From: Ferroglobus placidus DSM 10642
GTDB lineage: Archaea > Halobacteriota > Archaeoglobi > Archaeoglobales > Archaeoglobaceae
DNA: 32,000 nucleotides
Assembly (NCBI RefSeq): GCF_000025505.1
Contig: NC_013849.1
Location: 30,001-62,000 of the forward strand
Reading direction: 5' to 3'
Each line of letters begins with the position of its first letter. The first letter of the stretch is position 1. The notes under the pieces were generated by a model. It did not search any database, was not told the origin of the DNA, and was given only the letters and a program-made list of their open reading frames with translations. The position numbers and the translations under genes were made by a program. Positions 25,893 to 32,000 of the stretch are shown here, piece by piece.

Positions 25893-27197
25893 CTATTCTG
25901 ACCTACGTCTTTTCAGCGTTTCCTTGGATCGTAAGCTTGTTTTTTGGGGTTCAGCAGACTTAGTGACAGACGTACGTCCGCCTTGGGACACATCAACCTC
26001 AGCCCCCTCAGGGTTCATCGGGAGCATATCATCGGTCTCGTCCCCTTTCAGGGTAACCCCACTCCTTCTCAGGATCGGGAGGATTACTTCCTCCCAAACC
26101 TTCATAGAAGGAGGGAAACCCCACATCTTTAGGTAGAGATTTATCGAAGCATTCAATTGTCTGTTAATCTTTAGTCCGCATTTACATTCCAAAACCTGTC
26201 CCTTTCGGTGCTTCATTTTTCCACCACATCTGGGACAGGTTTTGGTAGAGTTTTTAGGGTTGAGCAATTTGATTCGGGATTTGTAGCTCATTAAAAACAC
26301 TATTTGCTTCCAATTTTGCTTAGAAATAACCCTATTATGAGTTCTCCTATCGTTGTACATTCCTTGCTTATCTAAATTCTCGAAGCCGAGCTCGTAATCC
26401 TTAAACTCTTCAGCAAGCTTCGTGGTAAGCTTGTGCAGAAAGTCCTTAACCTTGTTCCTATATCTCTTGGAATACTTCTCCATTAATCTTTTGGCGGTCT
26501 TCGGCTTAGTTTTACTTAAACTCTGGATTTTCCGCCTCTTGTTCTCGTAAGTTATGTGTAAAGTGTATAGAAGCTTCAAATCGACTTTGATCCATCCTCT
26601 ATCGCAGAATCCGTCCATACTAAGTAGATTTAAATCCCACGCAATTTTCTTCTTAGGATTTCTTTCAACGGGTTTTCTGAACGTGATAATTAGCTCGTTC
26701 TCTTTCAGAATCAGCTCACCGAGATTGCAACCCTCCACCTTCTTCTTAAACCAAATCCTCGATAGATCGAATTCGAGATAAGTCTTTCTCGGTTCTACTG
26801 TAACCTTAATTTTGTCATCTCTGAAAGTGTAAAGAGTCTCCTTAACCCTAACAAACTTCCTTTTGACGGTGGGTTTGTTCCTACCCCTTTTACCCCTTAG
26901 GTAGTTTTTCCTCCAAGAGTTCAGAATCGAGTAAGCTGTTTTTATTGCCGAATCGACATAATGAGATGCATAGCTCCAATCTTTCAGCAACTTGTTTCTC
27001 AGATTTCTCTTAAAATCTCTCGATTTTGGAATTGTCGGAATGAGTCTTTTACCTTTTCTCTTCCACTCAATTTTATCCCAGATCTCATCTATCGCTCTCT
27101 GCAAAAGACACCTGTAGCTACTTAGAAATTCCTTCACATCGTAGTCGTGCTTGATCTTGTAGCTAAGGATCACTAATGAGCTGTTTTGCACCTTCAA
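25893..27197 (-). CDS. tnpB: TnpB (IS607-associated RNA-guided nuclease family), third RuvC Asp replaced by Asn
   Basis: RuvC-like [12 protein letters not shown] and [11 protein letters not shown]; zinc finger TCPRCGG..LECKCG; final motif is [12 protein letters not shown] instead of (D)RQLNASINL. The ORF extends past the inferred element end. Confidence 0.92.
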   Translation of the reverse strand: MKVQNSSLVILSYKIKHDYDVKEFLSSYRCLLQRAIDEIWDKIEWKRKGKRLIPTIPKSRDFKRNLRNKLLKDWSYASHYVDSAIKTAYSILNSWRKNYLRGKRGRNKPTVKRKFVRVKETLYTFRDDKIKVTVEPRKTYLEFDLSRIWFKKKVEGCNLGELILKENELIITFRKPVERNPKKKIAWDLNLLSMDGFCDRGWIKVDLKLLYTLHITYENKRRKIQSLSKTKPKTAKRLMEKYSKRYRNKVKDFLHKLTTKLAEEFKDYELGFENLDKQGMYNDRRTHNRVISKQNWKQIVFLMSYKSRIKLLNPKNSTKTCPRCGGKMKHRKGQVLECKCGLKINRQLNASINLYLKMWGFPPSMKVWEEVILPILRRSGVTLKGDETDDMLPMNPEGAEVDVSQGGRTSVTKSAEPQKTSLRSKETLKRRRSE

Positions 27198-27812
27198 CCA
27201 CCTTCTTATACTTATGACTCCTCATCCCGTAAAGCTTACCGGCGAAATGGGAAATTATAGTGATCAGATCTTCGATCAGCTCTTCTTGAGGTGTTTTAGC
27301 TCTCTTGTTTATCACTACGATCTCAGTCCCGTAACTTTTGAAAAATTCTTCCAGAATCTTGAATCCAAACCTCGTTAGTCTGTCTGGGTAAGCTACGATA
27401 ACTTTGGAAACTTCTTTGTTCATTACCATCTTCAATAACTTTTGGAAATTTTTCCTATCCTCTTTTAACCCAGATCCAACATCTTTAAGAATTTCTATAT
27501 CATCCCATCCCTTCTCCTTAGCGTAAGCTTTGATCAGCTCAATCTGTCTCTCCAAATCGTCTTTCTGAGTATGTGACGAAACTCTCGCATATCCTACTAC
27601 TTTCCTCTCCTCGTAGATCCCTAAAATCCTCTTTATCTCAGATTCTGGAACTCTCCTCTTCCCTCCTATAGTTCTAATACATCTTATCTTCCCTGCTTTG
27701 TCCCATCTTTGAAGAGTTCTTACACTTACTCCAAGTATTCTCGATGCTTCTTTCATCGTGTAATGTTTTTCCATTAATGTGCATATTTGTCTATCAAATA
27801 TTTAATAGTTCC
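25957..27812 (-). mobile_element. IS607-like element (serine recombinase TnpA + TnpB), ~1.86 kb
   Basis: tnpA and tnpB in the same orientation. Boundaries inferred from the interrupted host gene with shared GCA at 25954-25956 and 27813-27815; exact crossover is uncertain by a few nt. Confidence 0.82.
27163..27774 (-). CDS. tnpA: IS607-family serine recombinase (TnpA)
   Basis: MerR-like HTH ([26 protein letters not shown]) plus resolvase domain [32 protein letters not shown]...[14 protein letters not shown]. Confidence 0.95.
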   Translation of the reverse strand: MEKHYTMKEASRILGVSVRTLQRWDKAGKIRCIRTIGGKRRVPESEIKRILGIYEERKVVGYARVSSHTQKDDLERQIELIKAYAKEKGWDDIEILKDVGSGLKEDRKNFQKLLKMVMNKEVSKVIVAYPDRLTRFGFKILEEFFKSYGTEIVVINKRAKTPQEELIEDLITIISHFAGKLYGMRSHKYKKVVEGAKQLISDP

Positions 27813-28329
27813 GCAAAGCAAAGGCAGCTGGTGGATTCACCAGCCTTTTAACGTGAAAGTTCTTTACGTCGTTGGAGTCGCTCCTCTCTTGGAGGAGATT
27901 ATTCACAGAAGAATCGTTCTTCAGTTCTTTCTCAGCAAAAATCTGATGTTTGCCGGACTTGTCGTTTCGAGTTTAACCTTCGGCTTCCATCACGTAATTT
28001 TCGGCTGGGGATGGCTCAAGGCTGTGGACATGTTCTTTGTAGGCTTGGTGTTCGGAGTTGTCTATATCAAATACAAACTCTTCGGTAGCTGGTTAAGTCA
28101 CTTTTCGAATAACCTGATGTCGATACTATTTACGATCTTAATGAGCTAATCTTTATTTTAATCTCCCCGAAATTTGAAACTTTCACATCTGAAATTTTAA
28201 AAATGAAAAAGGAGTGTAGAACTGGGAATAAAAGTTCCTTGTAAATCTCAGATGACTGAGCATTTTGCTTAGAACTTTGGCTGTTTTCTAAGTCTGTAAT
28301 GCTTTTTAAAATTACGAGTTTGACGAAGG

Positions 28330-28337
28330 TTTATATA
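28330..28337 (+). promoter_or_regulatory. Candidate archaeal TATA box (TTTATATA) upstream of the second LIV-type operon
   Basis: TTTATATA 36 nt upstream of the ATG at 28373, with GGTGGT close to the start as a possible RBS. Confidence 0.5.
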
Positions 28338-28372
28338 CGACTATTAATCGTTTTAAATTTAGCGGTGGTACT

Positions 28373-29674
28373 ATGGGAAAGTTGAAAGTGTTGGTGGCTT
28401 TAGCTCTTGCAGTACTTATAATCGGATGCGCTCAGCAAGCGACGAAGCCGAAGGAAGAAGAGAAAGCTGAAGTTGAACCTATCGTCATCGGCTTACCACT
28501 GCCAATAAACTTCCCCGACGGCTACGCTCCCTATCGAGGGGCAGTTTTAGCTGCTGAAGAGATTAACGCTAAAGGAGGAGTCAACGTTGGCGGAGTGAAA
28601 AGACCGATTAAGCTTGAGCTGGTGGATACGAGAGACCTCGAGCCGGGAGTTCCGATTTCGGAAGCTTTAGCAGCGGTGGAGAAGTTAATTCTCGAAAAGA
28701 AAGTTCACGTTCTCGTTGGAGGACCCGCGAGAAGTGAAGCTGCTTTGGCAACTCTTGACATTGTTGCGAAGTATAAAGTTCCTTGGATCGTCAGCTGCGG
28801 AGTTTTGACGCCAGCTTTCCACAAGAGAATAGAGGAGAACTACGATAAATACAAGTACGCTTTCAGGCTTAACGCTCACGCTGTATGGCTGGCTAAAGAA
28901 AACGTTGACATCTTGGAGAAGCTCAGGGAAAAGTACGGATTTGACAAAGTTTACGTGATGGTTCAGGATGTCGAGCATGCGAGAAAGTTCGGAGAAGTTA
29001 TAGCGAAGATGCTTGAAGAGAAGGGATGGAAGGTAGTTGGTTTCGACAGGTATCCCACCGGAACGACGGACTTCTCTTCCGGATTGCTGAAGGCGAAAAG
29101 CGAAGATGCTGACATCCTTCTCATTCAGATGGATATGCCCGAAACAATGACGTTGATAAAGCAGTGGGCTGATTTGAAGGTTCCGGCTTTGCCAATCGGA
29201 TTCATAAGGGCTGCTCAGGAACAAAAAGCTTGGGAAGCTACTGAAGGAAAAGTGAACTACTTCGTAGTCTCAGCCGGAGCCTTCACCGGAAACGCTCCGT
29301 CAAATGCTACGGAGTGGACGATGAAGTTCTACAACGCTTACACCAAGAGATGGGGAACTCCTCCACAAGGACACGGAACTTCAGCAAGCTATATGGCGAT
29401 ATACGTCGTTGCCGACGCGATTGAAAGAGCCGGTAGCTTGGATCCGGACAAAATCGTCAAAGCTTTGGAAGAGACGGACATGATGGGAGTTTTCGGAAGA
29501 ATCAGATTCGATCCGAAGAGCCATCAGGTGATTTTAGCAGAGGATCCGAAGGAAGGTGCGGTAACATGCTGGTTCCAGTGGCAGGACGGAAAGAGAGTGA
29601 CGATATATCCTCCTTCGATTGCTGAGGGAGAGATAAAGCTCCCACCGTGGATGCTTGAAAAGGCGAAGAGGTGA
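28373..29674 (+). CDS. ABC transporter substrate-binding lipoprotein (LivK/Peripla_BP_6 type), second system
   Basis: ALAVLIIGCAQQATKP lipobox; IVIGLPLPINFPDGYAPYRGAVLAAEEINAKGGVNVGGVKRPIKLELVDTRD. Confidence 0.9.
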   Translation: MGKLKVLVALALAVLIIGCAQQATKPKEEEKAEVEPIVIGLPLPINFPDGYAPYRGAVLAAEEINAKGGVNVGGVKRPIKLELVDTRDLEPGVPISEALAAVEKLILEKKVHVLVGGPARSEAALATLDIVAKYKVPWIVSCGVLTPAFHKRIEENYDKYKYAFRLNAHAVWLAKENVDILEKLREKYGFDKVYVMVQDVEHARKFGEVIAKMLEEKGWKVVGFDRYPTGTTDFSSGLLKAKSEDADILLIQMDMPETMTLIKQWADLKVPALPIGFIRAAQEQKAWEATEGKVNYFVVSAGAFTGNAPSNATEWTMKFYNAYTKRWGTPPQGHGTSASYMAIYVVADAIERAGSLDPDKIVKALEETDMMGVFGRIRFDPKSHQVILAEDPKEGAVTCWFQWQDGKRVTIYPPSIAEGEIKLPPWMLEKAKR

Positions 29675-29677
29675 AGT

Positions 29678-30556
29678 ATGGAAGCTCTTTTAAATTTTTT
29701 AATTTACGGTTTAGTGCAGAGCGCGTTTCTATCTCTTGTCGCTATAGGGTTTTCGTTAACCTACGGCATAAGCAGGCTGCCGAACTTCGCCCACGGAGCT
29801 TTGTACATTCTTGCAGGCTTTTTAATCTGGAACGGGCTTAACGTCTGGAAGATAGGCTATCTACCTTCGGTAGTTTTGGCAATAATTTTCACGGCTTTGA
29901 TAGGCTATACTCTCTACTACGGAATAATCATAAGAGTTAGAGGAATGGAGGTTTCGGAGGTAATAGCAACCTTTGCTTTCAGCTTCGTAGTCGTTGAACT
30001 TCTCAGATACTTCGGCTTGTTCGGACTTTCCTACACTCTGCCACCATTTTTGAGGGGAAGCTTGGAATTTGCTGGAATTGTGTTGGATTACCAGAGACTG
30101 ATAGTTATCGTATCTACTCTTGCCCTCGTCGCCTTCCTCTACCTCTTCACCCACTACACGAAGACCGGTTTGGCTTTTAGGGCTATAGCTCAGGATGAGC
30201 AAGTGGCTATGATGCTGGGAATAGACTCGGACAGAGTTGCAGCTTTAAGCTTAGCTTTCGGTTCGGCTTTAGCAGCTTTAGCAGCAGCAATCTGGATTCC
30301 CGTAAGCCAGCTGGCATCTGAATCAGCGTTGGAAATACTCCTTTACGCTTTAGTTGTCAGCATTCTCGGCGGACTTGGAAGCGTGGCTGGAGTGATAGTA
30401 GCCAGTTTGATCATAGGCTACGCTCAAGTCTTTACGGCTTCGTTTATAGCTCCCCATTACCAGATGATAGTTGCTCTTGTTGCAATAATAATCCTGCTTC
30501 TTACCAAGCCTTCTGGCATATTCGGAAAGCAGAAAGAGCTGGAGGAGAGAGTATGA
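29678..30556 (+). CDS. livH: Branched-chain amino-acid type ABC permease (LivH-like)
   Basis: LVQSAFLSLVAIGFSLTYGISRLPNFAHGALYILAGFLIW...FRAIAQDEQVAMMLGIDSDRVAALSLAFGSALAALA. Confidence 0.92.
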   Translation: MEALLNFLIYGLVQSAFLSLVAIGFSLTYGISRLPNFAHGALYILAGFLIWNGLNVWKIGYLPSVVLAIIFTALIGYTLYYGIIIRVRGMEVSEVIATFAFSFVVVELLRYFGLFGLSYTLPPFLRGSLEFAGIVLDYQRLIVIVSTLALVAFLYLFTHYTKTGLAFRAIAQDEQVAMMLGIDSDRVAALSLAFGSALAALAAAIWIPVSQLASESALEILLYALVVSILGGLGSVAGVIVASLIIGYAQVFTASFIAPHYQMIVALVAIIILLLTKPSGIFGKQKELEERV

Positions 30557-31560
30557 ACGAGCTGAGAAGGGAAAGAATAGATCGACCTATTAAAGCAAGG
30601 ACAGATGACATATACGCTTTGATGAGCTATAGGGAGTTGAGCTACCTTTTACTTCCGAGAATTTTACCAGTAGCGATTCTTCTCCTACTCCCGCTGATAG
30701 TTCCCAACCTATACTACCTGAGAGTTCTCAACATAGCTTTATCTTTCGCGATCCTCGCGGCAAGCTGGGATTTCTTGGCAAATTACGTCGGATTGGTCTC
30801 TCTTGGTCACGCTCTCTTTTTCGGAATAGGCGCTTATACAGCCGGAGCTCTCTCAGCCTACTTCGACTTGCCTATCTTTGTCACGATACCCTTAGCAACT
30901 TTGGCTGGAGGTGCGATTTCAACAGCGCTAATCTACCCAACTTTGAAGGTTCGAGGAATATACTTCTCCCTTATAACCCTCGCGTTCCCCTTGCTTTTAG
31001 CCAGGTTAATAGAAGCTACGGACATCCTCGGCGGGACTCTCGGAATAACCGACGTTGAAGGCTTTCCAAATCCGTGGATAGAAAGTTACCTACTAATCTT
31101 CTCGCTAATCGTCGTAGTTTTCGGATTGAGAAGGTTGCTTGGAGAAGACCTCGGAATAGTCCTGAGGGCTATAAAGGACAACGACTTAACTGTGGAAGCT
31201 TCCGGAATCAACGTGAATAAGTACAGAGCTGTTGCGGTTTTCATCTCCTCAGCCATAGCATCTTTCGTTGGCGCTTACACAGCCCACTCCTACATGTTCG
31301 TCGGTTTGCCCTACCTCAATCTTGAGTACTCGATTTTCCCTATAGCAGCTACAGTCGTCGGAGGAATGAGCTCCATAGCCGGAGCTGCTATAGGAGCTTT
31401 CGTTCTCGTTCCGCTGAGCGAAATGCTGAGAGAATTCGGAACGTTGAGAATAGCGATATACTCCCTTCTGCTAATGCTCTTCATAGCTCTTCGTCCCGAG
31501 GGAATCTACATGTTCCTCTGGAGGAAATATCACCAGATCGAGAGGTGGGTGAAAGCTTGA
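30553..31560 (+). CDS. livM: Branched-chain amino-acid type ABC permease (LivM-like)
   Basis: NYVGLVSLGHALFFGIGAYTAG...GLGIVLRAIKDNDLTVEASGINVNKYR-type region. Confidence 0.92.
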   Translation: MNELRRERIDRPIKARTDDIYALMSYRELSYLLLPRILPVAILLLLPLIVPNLYYLRVLNIALSFAILAASWDFLANYVGLVSLGHALFFGIGAYTAGALSAYFDLPIFVTIPLATLAGGAISTALIYPTLKVRGIYFSLITLAFPLLLARLIEATDILGGTLGITDVEGFPNPWIESYLLIFSLIVVVFGLRRLLGEDLGIVLRAIKDNDLTVEASGINVNKYRAVAVFISSAIASFVGAYTAHSYMFVGLPYLNLEYSIFPIAATVVGGMSSIAGAAIGAFVLVPLSEMLREFGTLRIAIYSLLLMLFIALRPEGIYMFLWRKYHQIERWVKA

Positions 31561-32000
31561 TAAGAGTTGAAAATCTGACGAAGAGGTTCGGAGGAGTCGT
31601 TGCGGCAAACAACATAAGCTTTGAGGTGAAAAAGGGAGAGGTTCTCGGAATTATAGGACCTAACGGGAGCGGAAAAACTACTGTGGTGAATCTCATAACC
31701 GGATTCATAAAGCCAGACTCTGGGAAAGTGTTTTTTGCCGGAAAAGATATAACTTCAAAACCTCCCCACGAAATAGCTAACCTCGGCGTTGTTAGGACTT
31801 TTCAAAACGTCAGACCTTTCTACAACTTGCCAGCTTACAAGAATCTCATAATTCCTCTTTACTCCCCAAGGGCTAAAAGCTTCGAAGAGTTCAAACATGG
31901 GGATAGAGACCACATAGCTTTGGATCTTCTTGAAGAGGTCGGATTCGAAAGAGATTCTCCGATTCCGTACAAACCAGCCTCAGCTCTACCTCACGGATAC
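31557..32000 (+). CDS. livG: Branched-chain amino-acid type ABC ATP-binding protein (LivG-like), truncated by window edge
   Basis: TTG start at 31557: MIRVENLTKRFGGVVAANNISFEVKKGEVLGIIGPNGSGKTTVVNLITGFIKPDSGKVFFAGKDITSKPPHEIANLGVVRTFQNVRPF. Confidence 0.9.
   Translation, partial: MIRVENLTKRFGGVVAANNISFEVKKGEVLGIIGPNGSGKTTVVNLITGFIKPDSGKVFFAGKDITSKPPHEIANLGVVRTFQNVRPFYNLPAYKNLIIPLYSPRAKSFEEFKHGDRDHIALDLLEEVGFERDSPIPYKPASALPHGY

Larger units (their letters stand above)
25823..28149 (+). pseudogene. CPBP-family (CAAX-protease-like) intramembrane metalloprotease gene interrupted by the IS607-like element
   Basis: 5' part 25823-25956 ([44 protein letters not shown]). 3' part 27813-28149 (..QSKGSWWIHQPFNVKVLYVVGVAPLLEEIIHRRIVLQ..TFGFHH..WLSHFSNNL). 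Joining at the shared GCA restores one reading frame. Confidence 0.82.

Noticed and set aside
25953-25956. AGCA direct repeat (25953-25956 and 27817-27820) as the IS607-like crossover site
   Set aside because: Joining at this repeat shifts the protease reading frame, whereas joining at GCA (25954-25956/27813-27815) keeps it open.
25924-26136. Plus-strand ORFs (62-75 aa) inside the tnpB locus
   Set aside because: Antisense to well-supported tnpB; no family motifs and explained by codon bias of the real gene.
28685-29224. 179-aa minus-strand ORF opposite the second LivK gene
   Set aside because: Shadow ORF of a strong coding sequence; low-complexity, no recognisable domains.
1-32000. CRISPR array, rRNA, tRNA or a canonical defence island
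   Set aside because: No repeat-spacer periodicity, rRNA-like tract or convincing cloverleaf was noticed by eye; no cas, restriction-modification or other known defence genes apart from TnpB and the decayed HicB-like fragment. A tRNAscan/Infernal run would be needed to exclude small RNAs.

Overview
The window is a compact archaeal chromosome segment. Gene content (archaeal-type Trm5-like methyltransferase, HTH_10 regulator, Mer-like F420 enzyme, methanogenesis-marker-2-like protein, DUF2080/ISA1214-like IS) suggests the Archaeoglobales, possibly a Ferroglobus/Geoglobus-like organism; this is inference only. From left to right it holds: (1) an overlapping cluster of a beta-propeller protein, a membrane-anchored secreted protein and a lipoprotein; (2) a B12-binding radical SAM enzyme; (3) a minus-strand cluster of MIP18/DUF59, two DUF2249 proteins, a ScdA_N/DUF1858-like protein and a polytopic membrane protein with three HxH repeats, possibly linked to NO or metal redox; (4) a complete branched-chain amino-acid type ABC operon; (5) a Mer-like reductase, PyrD and an HTH_10 regulator; (6) a decayed tract with frameshifted SpoIIM-like and HicB-like genes; (7) a ferredoxin pair, an Mmp2/AIR-synthase-like protein and an ilvE-ACT-hom-A24 peptidase operon; (8) tandem TatA-like genes, a Trm5-like methyltransferase and a TctA-like (DUF112) membrane protein; (9) an archaeal homolog of the metazoan CDIN1/C15orf41 nuclease; (10) an ISA1214-like IS with 9-bp target duplication next to an IS607-like element. 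The IS607-like element splits a CPBP-family intramembrane protease gene, and its TnpB has Asn in place of the third RuvC Asp; (11) a second LIV-type ABC operon running off the right edge. I did not find a clearly new multi-gene defence system. The best leads are the TnpB active-site substitution with its precise gene disruption, the CDIN1 homolog, and the HxH-repeat/DUF2249 cluster.
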